Assembly (NCBI GenBank): GCA_045605385.1
Contig: JAZUPW010000013.1
Coordinates: 607 to 64,606, forward strand
Source: Acutalibacteraceae bacterium
GTDB lineage: Bacteria; Bacillota; Clostridia; Oscillospirales; Acutalibacteraceae
Direction: 5' to 3'
DNA: 64,000 bases
Shown: positions 1 through 9,600 of the stretch, piece by piece
Layout of the letters: every line of letters starts with the position of its first letter
Position numbering within the stretch: the stretch's first letter is position 1
Translations under genes and position numbers: made by a program
The notes under the pieces: model-generated
The model's input: the letters and a program-made list of their open reading frames with translations, nothing else
What the model was told of the DNA's origin: nothing
Database searches by the model: none

Positions 1-1
1 T

Positions 2-3000
2 TTGTTGGTTTGTTTTGCAATTGTTTTTGCGGTATTACCCTTTACCGTTATTGCTGAAGAAAGTGACGCAACTGTTCCTGTATACGGAAACGTTGACGGT
101 AATTATTATGCTGTAAATGACGTGCTTTACGAAACCGATTTTGAAGATGAAACGATAAACGAACTGCCCAAAGGTTGGTCGGGCGGCGAAATTGCGCCTT
201 TTGCATGGTATATGAACGGCGGCAGTGTATCTTCTTACGTTACAGACATTGGCGGAGAATATGGCAAAGTATTAAGTGTTGGTTCTACAAATGCAGACTT
301 GTTTATATCTGGCCCCGAAGTAAATACAAGAAACTATATTTTTGAATCCACCGTTATGATTACAGGACGATATTCTGCAGCTTTGGGTCCTGCTAACTCA
401 ATGCAAGGCGGTGCTATGAATGCCGACGGTGCAGTTGCGGTTGCAATACGTACCAAAACTTCTTCTTCACCCCACCGTTATTTCAGTAAAGCTATAAACG
501 GTTCTACAGGCATAAGCGAAAGCAATTTCACAATGCCGTTTGATAAACCCGTAAACGGTGAAGTTGTAAAGTTTAAAATTGTTTCTTTAAACGGTACTAA
601 TTATTTTTATTATAACAATACTTTTGTTGTAAGTTTCCCACAGCCTGCAGGAGATGAAACTACCGACTGCGTAGGTTTTTACGGAAGTAACGAATGGTTT
701 AATATTATAGATTTTAAGGTAACAGGTATTACTCCAATGGAATATAAAGAACAGCTAATTGAAGTTGACGGAAAAAAAGTTTTAATTGGTGAAGATTTAA
801 TTAATACCGAGTTTGAAGAATTTGAAGTAGGTACTCTTCCCGAAGGTTTTGAAGTCGGCACTCCCGATCACTTCTGGAAAATGTCCGGCTCACCCGAACC
901 TAATGCAGTTATAGGCGAGGCGGAAGGCTACGGTAAGGTGCTCGAAACAGGCGGATATAACCGTGATGCCGTTGTTCATTTTGGCGATATTGACGCTAAA
1001 AACTATATTTTTGAATTAACGGGTTATAAAAGAGGCGGCGAAAGCGCTTCTTGCGGTATTGTAAACCTTATGCCCGGCGGTATAAATAATTCTGAAACCG
1101 CAATGATTCACGTTATCTACACTAATACAAATACAAATATTCCCTTTATAAGTAGTAAGAATACTGCAAATTATATGTCCAAAAATAAGGCTTCATTAAC
1201 CGATTTTGAATATACGAAGCCAATTAAAGGTGAAGTATTTAAACTTAAACTTATAAGCCTTAACGGAACAACTTATTTTTATTATAACGATGTTTTGGCT
1301 GCAAGTTATAAACAACCTGAATGGAATTTAGAAAAAGACGGCCTTGGTTATTTCTTCTGTAATGAGTATGTTACCATTACAAAGGCAGTTGCTACCGAAA
1401 TTTATGAACTTGATTATTCGGTAGATACTTCAACTCTTTTATTAGGCGATAACAATGAAGTAAGTATGAGTGTTAACCTTAAGGTTAATAAGGATAACTA
1501 TATTTACGAAAACAACTATGCTGACGGCTATTTCTACAGCGATGATGCGCCTGTTAAGTTTGGTGCGGTTATCGGCGAAAACACAGGGGATGAATTAACC
1601 GTAGAAACAAGTGGTGTTACAAACGTAATATTTAAAGAGTTTACCGAAGATGAAAACAATATTAACTTTAATTACGTTATAAAAAACATTCCCGATAAAA
1701 TGAAGGATAAATATTATACTATCCGTCCTTACGCAATGGTAGGCTTTGATTATTACTATTGCGATGAACAGTCTTACTGTCCTGCATTTGCGGCAAATAA
1801 TATTTATCTTAATACATCCGACAAAGCGGTAAAAAATGCCATTGAAAATGCTTTTGCCGATTCTAAAGTTTTCACAGGCAACAGTTCTAGGGAAATCACA
1901 TTTACCGTATTTGCCGATTTCCATTATAAAGAAGGAATGTATATTTCTTCTATTGCCGATATGAACGCTATTTTTGACCGCGCTCACGAAAGCGGTTCTG
2001 CCTTTGTTTTAAGTGCGGGTGATATGACTAATGATATGAGAGGTTCACCCGAACTTGTAAAGGCATTTAAGGAAAACAAATATAATCTTCCTGCTTATAA
2101 CGTTTACGGTAACCATGAACTTGAAAGTAACGGCAACACTATGGCAATAGTAACACCTACGCTTACAAACGATGCAAATGCCGTTTGGGGAACAGCCGAC
2201 GGTAAAATAGCATCTGACGGCAGTATTGGTTATTACTATGCTGATAACAATGGGTTTAGAATTATTTGTTTAGATAACAATTATTCTTATAATCCAACTT
2301 CTAATATTTGGGAACACAATAAGCCTGCAAGTTGGTCTTCGCCAACAGGAAACCTTTATTACGGTTCTTTAGGTCCCGAACAACTTAAATGGCTTGAAAA
2401 AGTTCTTATTGATGCCGCTAACAATAATATCCCATGTATAGTAATGTCCCACCACGATTTCTCTGAAGCGAACGGACACGCCTCCAGTGCCGACATTGAA
2501 GCGGTTCGCAGTCTTTACAAAAAGGCTAATGCTATTACACCCGGTACTGTGCTTATGTCAATTAACGGTCATATTCACACCAATACTCTAACAATGGAAG
2601 ACGGCGTATTTTATTTCGACGTTAATACAACACGTAACTTATGGTGGCAGGCAAGTGCCATGAACAACTATAACGATACTCAAATGATAATGCGCGAGTA
2701 TTACGATGATGAGGGCAATCTTATTGAAATGAAAGAAGCACCCATTACCGAACTTGTGGGTTATAAACAGTCGGCATTCTCTGAAAGCCCCTTAAGTGCT
2801 GTTGTTACTCTAAATGAAAATGGTATTATTAATATTGAAGGCAGTGAAAGCGATTGGCTGTTTGACTTCGTTCCTACAGGCACTTATGCAAGAACTATGC
2901 CGTATATTTCTTCGGGTACATACTACGACCCGCAACTTTGCCATATATTCAGTGTAGAGTACGAAAGAAATGAAACTCACCACTGGATGCCTTGTATAAA

Positions 3001-3298
3001 TGATGCATGTAACGGTGTAGAACATTATGAATGCAAGAATTACGGTGAGCATATAGATAATGATGCCGACGGAGATTGCGATATTTGTCAGCCAAAGGCA
3101 CCTGTATACCAAAAAGGCGATATTAATGGCGATAATAATATTAACGCCGCCGATTTAGCGCTTCTTAAAAAGGTTGTGGCAGGTCTTACGCCTGTTGATG
3201 ATGAAGAAGTGAAGAATCCAAACGTAGATGAAAACAACGGTATACCAAACGCCGCTGACCTTGCTGCACTTAAAAAGAAAGTTGCAGGACTTGAATAA
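2..3298 (+). CDS. secreted multidomain calcineurin-like metallophosphoesterase with C-terminal dockerin (5' end cut by window edge)
   Basis: ORF is open to base 2 and starts inside a signal-peptide-like stretch (VLPFTVIAEE). It has two ~245-aa LamG/ConA-like repeats and five metallophosphoesterase motifs (ADFHY, AGDMTND, GNHELE, SHHDF, NGHIHTN). A Cys/His-rich insert precedes the dockerin (GDINGDNNINAADLALLKKVVAGL ... NAADLAALKKKVAGLE). Confidence 0.8.
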   Translation: MLVCFAIVFAVLPFTVIAEESDATVPVYGNVDGNYYAVNDVLYETDFEDETINELPKGWSGGEIAPFAWYMNGGSVSSYVTDIGGEYGKVLSVGSTNADLFISGPEVNTRNYIFESTVMITGRYSAALGPANSMQGGAMNADGAVAVAIRTKTSSSPHRYFSKAINGSTGISESNFTMPFDKPVNGEVVKFKIVSLNGTNYFYYNNTFVVSFPQPAGDETTDCVGFYGSNEWFNIIDFKVTGITPMEYKEQLIEVDGKKVLIGEDLINTEFEEFEVGTLPEGFEVGTPDHFWKMSGSPEPNAVIGEAEGYGKVLETGGYNRDAVVHFGDIDAKNYIFELTGYKRGGESASCGIVNLMPGGINNSETAMIHVIYTNTNTNIPFISSKNTANYMSKNKASLTDFEYTKPIKGEVFKLKLISLNGTTYFYYNDVLAASYKQPEWNLEKDGLGYFFCNEYVTITKAVATEIYELDYSVDTSTLLLGDNNEVSMSVNLKVNKDNYIYENNYADGYFYSDDAPVKFGAVIGENTGDELTVETSGVTNVIFKEFTEDENNINFNYVIKNIPDKMKDKYYTIRPYAMVGFDYYYCDEQSYCPAFAANNIYLNTSDKAVKNAIENAFADSKVFTGNSSREITFTVFADFHYKEGMYISSIADMNAIFDRAHESGSAFVLSAGDMTNDMRGSPELVKAFKENKYNLPAYNVYGNHELESNGNTMAIVTPTLTNDANAVWGTADGKIASDGSIGYYYADNNGFRIICLDNNYSYNPTSNIWEHNKPASWSSPTGNLYYGSLGPEQLKWLEKVLIDAANNNIPCIVMSHHDFSEANGHASSADIEAVRSLYKKANAITPGTVLMSINGHIHTNTLTMEDGVFYFDVNTTRNLWWQASAMNNYNDTQMIMREYYDDEGNLIEMKEAPITELVGYKQSAFSESPLSAVVTLNENGIINIEGSESDWLFDFVPTGTYARTMPYISSGTYYDPQLCHIFSVEYERNETHHWMPCINDACNGVEHYECKNYGEHIDNDADGDCDICQPKAPVYQKGDINGDNNINAADLALLKKVVAGLTPVDDEEVKNPNVDENNGIPNAADLAALKKKVAGLE

Positions 3299-3305
3299 TA
3301 AACTA

Positions 3306-3339
3306 AACAAGGTTTCGCATTGCGAAACCTTGTTTTTTT
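3306..3339 (+). terminator. rho-independent terminator (copy 1 of a shared 55-bp gene-end/terminator repeat)
   Basis: Arms aacaaggtttcgca / tgcgaaaccttgtt are followed by a T7 run immediately after the stop codon. The sequence is identical to 5658-5690. Confidence 0.8.
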
Positions 3340-3344
3340 ATTTG

Positions 3345-3373
3345 TTGCAAAAGGTGAATAACAGTAGTATAAT
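3345..3373 (+). promoter_or_regulatory. sigma-A type promoter for the LRR-dockerin gene
   Basis: TTGCAA (3345-3350), 17-nt spacer, TATAAT (3368-3373), about 36 nt upstream of the ATG at 3410. Confidence 0.6.
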
Positions 3374-3409
3374 AATAATGAATTTTTAATTGAACAGTGA
3401 GGTTATACT

Positions 3410-5650
3410 ATGAAAAAAGTTTTAGCATTAATTTTAACTTTTACCCTAATAATTTGTGCGTTCGGTATTACTGCAACCGCTGAAACCGCTACAAGCGGAA
3501 CAACGGGAGATTGCGAATGGTTTTTAAGCGGCACCGTTCTTACCATAAGCGGTGTGGGCGATATGGAAGATTACGATTACAGCAGTAATCCTGCTCCTTG
3601 GGGAACAAATATTACAAGGGTAAATATTAAAGACGGCGTAACAAGTATTGGTGATTATTCTTTTATTTTTTGCAAGAGCCTTTTTTCTTTCTCGATTGCT
3701 TCAACTGTAAAACATATTGGTAAATATTCTTTTTATGGTTGTGAACTTCTTAAAAGAATTGCAATTCCCTACGGTGTTACAATTATAGATAATTTTGCCT
3801 TTAAGGGTTGTTCTTCTGTCACAACGTTAAGTTTATCAGATACCGTTGAAACTATTGGTTGTTCAGCGTTTGCGGAATGTACTTCACTGCCATACGTTGT
3901 GCTGGGAAACAGTATAACTTTTTTAGACGTTGAATGTTTTGCTATGTGTACCTCGCTTACCAGAGTTGTTATTCCCGAAAGTGTTAAGTGTATAGAACCT
4001 GGCGTATTTAGTGATTGTACCGCTCTTTCCGAAATAATTATTGGTGATAACATTGAGAATTTAGGTGCTGATTTCATTGGCGGAACCGCCTATTTTAACG
4101 ATGAAAATAATTGGGTTGATAATGAACTTTATTTAGGAAATCATCTTATAGTAGCAGATAGCAATGCTTCGGGTACTTATTACATAAAAGAAGGTACTAA
4201 AAACATTGCCGAGGCGGCTTTTTTAGATAACCGTGCAATTACCGAAATAATTATTCCCGATGGCGTAGTTGGTATAAGCACTGCTGCTTTTTGCGGTTGT
4301 TCGTCCATTGAAAGCATAGTTATTCCAAACAGCGTAACAAGTATTGGTTGGAATGCGTTTCAGGAATGTTATTCTCTTAAAACCGTTAAATTTCCTGAAG
4401 GTTTAACTGCTTTGAATGGTGCGGCGTTTGGCTATTGTGAGTCACTTGATAACGTTATGATACCAAACGGTGTAACCTCTATAGGCTATATGGCTTTTTC
4501 GGGTTGCGCATCACTTAAATCCATTTATATTCCGGCAACCGTAACAAGGGTAGAAAATTTAGCTTTTGCAGACAGCAATGCAATTACCGATGTTTATTAC
4601 GGCGGAAGTGAAGCTGACAGAGAGAAAATCACTTACGGCAATTATAACGAATCACTGTTAAATGCAACCTGGCATTATAACGAAAGCACGTTACCCGAAA
4701 CTCCTGAAGAACCTGAAATCCCAGTAGAACCCGAAATTCCCGAAGAAGACGTTATTTTTGGCACAACGGGGGATTGCGAATGGACTCTTAAAGGTACGGT
4801 GTTAACAATAAGCGGTAACGGTGTAATTGGAAATTATTCTGTTTCTGAGCAACTTCCGTGGGGCACTTCAATTACCGACGTTATAATAGAAGAAGGCGTA
4901 ACAAAAATAGGCGCATGTTCTTTTTATAACTGTACTGAATTGCAAAACGTAACTATTGCCGATACTGTATATATTATAGGTCCGTCGGCGTTCAACAGTT
5001 GTACTTCGCTGAATAACATTGTTCTGCCTGAATGTCTTACAAATATTCAGTATTACGCTTTCAGCAACTGTTCTTCGCTTAAAACAATTAATATTCCTTC
5101 AAATATAACTGCCTTGGAAGATGGAACGTTTAAGGGATGTGCTTCCCTTGAAAAAATTATTCTGCCAGAACAGGTAAACAGGCTTGGATTATACGTATTC
5201 TCTGGTTGTTCTTCTCTTGAAAACGTTGTTTTGCCTGAAGGTATTACGTCTATACCAATGGAAACCTTTGAAAATTGCACTTCTCTTAAAAGTATAACTG
5301 TTCCCGTTAGTGTAACCTCTATAGAATCTTCCGCATTTTTAAATTGCAAACAGTTAACCGACGTTTATTACGGCGGAAGTGAAGAGGATAAAGAAAATAT
5401 TAACGTTGGAAGTAATAATTATCAGTTAGATAAAGCGGTATGGCATTATGCTAAAGAAAATACTGTAAGTGGTGACGTAAACGGTGACAGCAGCGTAGAC
5501 GTATTGGATTTGGCTATTTTAAAATTAGTATTGGTAGGAACATTAAGCACAGATGATTCACGCGCTGTAAATTCTGATATTAATATTGACGGTAATATCA
5601 GCGTTTTAGATTTAGCACTTATTAAAAATATATTAGCAGGACTTGAATAA
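3410..5650 (+). CDS. secreted BspA-type leucine-rich-repeat protein with C-terminal dockerin
   Basis: Signal peptide MKKVLALILTFTLIICAFGITATA. Two LRR modules each open with TTGDCEW.L.GTVLTISG and end with DVYYGGSE.D.E.I...WHY. They contain repeated (C/S)xxLxx(I/V)xIPxxVTxIGxxAFxxC units and are joined by a PE-rich linker (PETPEEPEIPVEPEIPEED). Canonical dockerin: GDVNGDSSVDVLDLAILKLVL ... SDINIDGNISVLDLALIKNILAGLE. Confidence 0.85.
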   Translation: MKKVLALILTFTLIICAFGITATAETATSGTTGDCEWFLSGTVLTISGVGDMEDYDYSSNPAPWGTNITRVNIKDGVTSIGDYSFIFCKSLFSFSIASTVKHIGKYSFYGCELLKRIAIPYGVTIIDNFAFKGCSSVTTLSLSDTVETIGCSAFAECTSLPYVVLGNSITFLDVECFAMCTSLTRVVIPESVKCIEPGVFSDCTALSEIIIGDNIENLGADFIGGTAYFNDENNWVDNELYLGNHLIVADSNASGTYYIKEGTKNIAEAAFLDNRAITEIIIPDGVVGISTAAFCGCSSIESIVIPNSVTSIGWNAFQECYSLKTVKFPEGLTALNGAAFGYCESLDNVMIPNGVTSIGYMAFSGCASLKSIYIPATVTRVENLAFADSNAITDVYYGGSEADREKITYGNYNESLLNATWHYNESTLPETPEEPEIPVEPEIPEEDVIFGTTGDCEWTLKGTVLTISGNGVIGNYSVSEQLPWGTSITDVIIEEGVTKIGACSFYNCTELQNVTIADTVYIIGPSAFNSCTSLNNIVLPECLTNIQYYAFSNCSSLKTINIPSNITALEDGTFKGCASLEKIILPEQVNRLGLYVFSGCSSLENVVLPEGITSIPMETFENCTSLKSITVPVSVTSIESSAFLNCKQLTDVYYGGSEEDKENINVGSNNYQLDKAVWHYAKENTVSGDVNGDSSVDVLDLAILKLVLVGTLSTDDSRAVNSDINIDGNISVLDLALIKNILAGLE

Positions 5651-5657
5651 TAAACTA

Positions 5658-5690
5658 AACAAGGTTTCGCATTGCGAAACCTTGTTTTTT
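5658..5690. terminator. bidirectional hairpin terminator (copy 2 of the shared repeat)
   Basis: Same 14-nt arms as 3306-3334, followed by T6. It sits between the convergent LRR gene and the LysR gene. The LysR stop codon (5689-5691) lies in the T-run. Confidence 0.8.
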
Positions 5691-6549
5691 AAGTTATTGA
5701 TCTGTTTTTATAAAGGAAATTGCAAAACTTTTTAATTGCAGCGTTGCTTTTTTCTTCTTTATAATAAACAAATACGTTTTCGTAATAATTATTAAAATTC
5801 TTAACGTTAAGCGGTATCATATCGCTTGAATATTTATCTTCAATTGCTTTTAAACTTCCTACGGTAAGACCTAATCCCGATTTAACAAAACTTTCAAGTA
5901 AAAGACTTTCATTTGTTTCAATTAATACGTTTGGTTTAACACCGCAATTAGCACAGGCTTTTTCGTATTGTATACGGCCAAGTTCGTCATCACTATGAAG
6001 AATAAACGGCATAGAAGCAATATCTTCAAAATTAAGTTCGGCATTTATAAGAGGACTTCCTTTATGCGCTTTTATGCAAGAGGTTTCTGTGCTTAATAAA
6101 AAGTTATCCCACGAAGATATTTCGGAAATCGAAGGACTTACAACAATGTCGTAATCGTTGAAAGATTTTTTAGAATAATCCTTTTCAATAGAAAAAACGA
6201 CGTTTGAATTGTTTCTTAAAAAGATTTCAACCATTTCTGCAACCCATTTTGGCCGTGTTCTTACAAGAATGTTAATTTTTTCTTGCGTTTCGCTATGTCC
6301 GCTTATTTCACTTATTCCGCTTCTTAAAATAGGAAGAACAGTATTAAGTTTATTGGCAAAAGTTCTGCCTTCGCTTGTAAGCGAAATTCTGTTAGAAGTT
6401 CGGTTAAACAAAGTAACTCCCACTTCATCTTCTAAGCGCTTGATAAGCGCTGAAACGGCTGAAGAAGGAAGCATAAATTTTTCGGCTGCTTTTGAAAGGT
6501 TTTCTGTTTTTGCTGCTTCGCAAAAAATCTCTAACTGTCTTATGTTCAT
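5689..6549 (-). CDS. LysR-family transcriptional regulator
   Basis: N-terminal LysR HTH (MNIRQLEIFCEAAKTENLSKAAEKFMLPSSAVSALIKRLEDEVGVTLFNR) plus a ~200-aa substrate-binding region. Divergent from the 6674 gene. Confidence 0.85.
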   Translation of the reverse strand: MNIRQLEIFCEAAKTENLSKAAEKFMLPSSAVSALIKRLEDEVGVTLFNRTSNRISLTSEGRTFANKLNTVLPILRSGISEISGHSETQEKINILVRTRPKWVAEMVEIFLRNNSNVVFSIEKDYSKKSFNDYDIVVSPSISEISSWDNFLLSTETSCIKAHKGSPLINAELNFEDIASMPFILHSDDELGRIQYEKACANCGVKPNVLIETNESLLLESFVKSGLGLTVGSLKAIEDKYSSDMIPLNVKNFNNYYENVFVYYKEEKSNAAIKKFCNFLYKNRSIT

Positions 6550-6630
6550 AACATCACCAAAATTATTTTACCATATTACAAATGATATAGCAACCCTTAA
6601 AATTTATGTTATGTTAAAATATTTTTGTTA

Positions 6631-6639
6631 TGGTATAAT
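6631..6639 (+). promoter_or_regulatory. extended -10 promoter element upstream of the 6674 gene
   Basis: TGgTATAAT at 6631-6639, about 35 nt upstream of the ATG. The -35 is weak (atgtta). Confidence 0.4.
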
Positions 6640-6673
6640 TAATTCAGTAAAATGCAAAAAAGGAGAGTTTTTT

Positions 6674-9600
6674 ATGAAAATGCATAAAATAATCAGCATT
6701 ATTTGCTCGTTAGCGCTTATTTTAAGTGCTATTGGTGTTATGCCCGCTTTTAATGCAGAAGCAATAACCGATGAAGGTCTTGTGGCTGACAGCGGATTTG
6801 AAGTAGTTGATGTAATTGCTGAATTAGACCCTACAAATTCACTTACCGAGGGTTGGGTTTTACACAGTAATTCTTCTATAACCGACTCGCCCGAAAATGA
6901 CGGCACAAAGGTTGTGCGCCTTGATAATGAAAGAGGCGACCATTCTTATGCCGATGTTTCTACAATTGTTAACCAGAACAACTTTGCGGTTGTTGCGGTA
7001 ATTGGTACAAATTCTAACTCTACTTATGCTGATGGACTTCCGGGTATAAGTATAAATGATTTACGTATTGACGGAAGCGATGCTTCTTCCAATAAATTCG
7101 GTTTTACACATAAGAATAGAGGTGACGACCGTTTTCCAAGGGCGGGTAAGTTCTACTACGCTTTAGATAGCGACTATTATCCGCAAAAGGACGTAACTTT
7201 TGAAGAAGACGGATATACTAAAATAACTCTTACCGTTTACCGCGTTGACGGTATGTACTATTACTATGCAAACGGTGAATTTATTGGTGAAATTAAGATT
7301 ACAGGCGAACAAACAGGTAAAGTTTTTGTTAGTATTTTTGATTCTTTTTCCTTTGCTTACGTACATAGAGCAACGGTATACAGTTTTTCGGAAATTGAAG
7401 ATGTTGTACCGCCTGAAAATCCCGATGAACCCGATGATACCATAATTGGAAGTCTTATAGAAAACAGCGGTTATAACGTTGGTGAAAAAATAGAAGAACT
7501 TGATTTTTCTTCTGCTTCTGCAGGTGCCGTAACCGAAATGAACGGCTGGACTTTTGAAAATGCAAGTGTTGCGGCTTCCCCCGATAACAGCGCTATGACA
7601 CTTAAACTTGAAAACGAGTGGGGTAGTGCGACTGGAACAAAAACCATTGAAAGTGAAAATTTTGTTGTTGTTGCAACTTTTGGATCAGATTCAAATAACA
7701 TAAAAGCCGACGGCTTCCCAACCGTGTTTGTAGATGCTTTAGATGCCGATGGCAATACTGTTGTTCGTAACGGTTTCGGTTTTGGTCAGGCTAACCGAGA
7801 TGCAGTAGGTAAAACTCCTGCGCCCGGTAAGTATTATTACCTAAACAACGATAGCTATCCTCAGCCAAAAAGTCTTACCTTTGACGAAGACGGATATACT
7901 CTTGTTAATCTTGTAATATACCGTTATAACGGCGTTTACAGTTTCTACGGTAACGGTGAACTAATTGCTTCTTTTGCTGTAGACACAGGTAATTCGGTTG
8001 CTTCTGAAATACAGTTTTACGAAGGCTATTCGTTAGCATATTTGCATTATGCCGCAGTTTATGAAATTGACAGCAGCATTTATGATCCCGATGAGCCCGT
8101 AGAAGGTTTGTTTGCCGATAGCGGATTTGTCGTTGGTGAAAAATTTGAATCTATTGATTTTGCAAAAATGAACCGTGGCGCTATAACCGAAAGCGGCAAC
8201 TGGAAGTTCGAAAATTCTAAGGTTGTAAAAGCCGTCGAAGGCAACGATAACGCTTTACAAATTACAAACTATTACGGCGGTTCAAAGATGTATGCAGATA
8301 TTGACCGTGAAAATTTTGTTGCTGTTGCGGTTTTAGGTACTAACGATAATGATAAAGAAGCCGACGGCGTACCAGCCTTAGCTGTTTTAGGTCTTAATGC
8401 CGATGGTGAGTATGAGAATGCATTAAGTCTTGGTTTTGCACAGAAAAACCGTGTTGGCGACAGTTTCCCGACTAACGGCACAACTATGATTACAGAGGGT
8501 TATTACCATTATCCTTCGAAGATTGGATTTGACGATGACGGATATTCTCTTGTTACACTTACTATTTACTCTTATAACGGTGCATTCCATTGTTATTTGC
8601 AGGGCGAATATCTTGGCGCTTATGCTAACACAAAGGGTATAAAGACCGATGCTGTACGCCGCCTTGCTGTTACTATGGCTTGGGCTAACGTTTACGTACA
8701 TAGTATTGACGTTTACGATATTATGCCTATTGATTTCGAAGTTAATAGTGCTGCTTTGAAAACAGGCGAAAAGGTTGGACTTGACATTACTCTTACAGCC
8801 GATAACACCGAAAAAGGCGATTTTGACCTTTCAAATATGGAATTCGGCGCAGTAGTTACACTTAAAGACGGTTCTACCCCCGAAGATACAACTGTAGAAA
8901 CCGAAAATGCAAATATTGTTAAGTTTAGTGTAGAAAATACCGCTACGGAAAATAAACTAAGCGCCTTCGTAGAGGTTTCAAAAGAAAATGCCGATAAATA
9001 CGTAAATATAAGACCCTACGTTTTAGAAAACGGTATTTACCATTATTGCGACGCTAAAATTTACTCTGCAGCAGCACTTGCTACGGTTGCTTATAATAAC
9101 GGCGATGCGCAAACAAAAGCCGCTTTAGCAGAATATTTCAGCAATTCAAAACTGTTTAAAGGCGGTTCTACCAAAAAGATAACCTTTACTGCATTTGCTG
9201 ATTTCCACTATATGAAGAACCTTGAAACAAACATTATTTGCCGAAGCAACGTAAGTGATCTTGAAGCAATATTAAAACGCGGTGATGACAGCGGCTCTGC
9301 TTTTGTAATGCAACTTGGCGATTTAGTTAAGGACGCAAAGGTTTCTAAGGAGCTTTTCGATACTTATCTTAATTATGAAAAGGAAAACGGCGAAATAATG
9401 CCGGTTTACGGTATTTACGGTAACCACGATCTCGAACAAGGCAACAAAATGAGTTACGTTAATACCACCCTTACGAACGATGAAAATACCGTTTGGGGTA
9501 CTGATAGTGGCAAGATGGAAACTGACAGTCGTATAGCTTACTATTATTCTGATTACGATGGTTTCAGATTTATTTACCTTGACAACAACTATTCCTATAA

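Noticed and set aside
6209-6673. N-terminal 155-codon extension of the 1428-aa track ORF
   Set aside because: It runs antisense through the LysR gene and has no RBS. A proper RBS plus signal peptide begins at ATG 6674.
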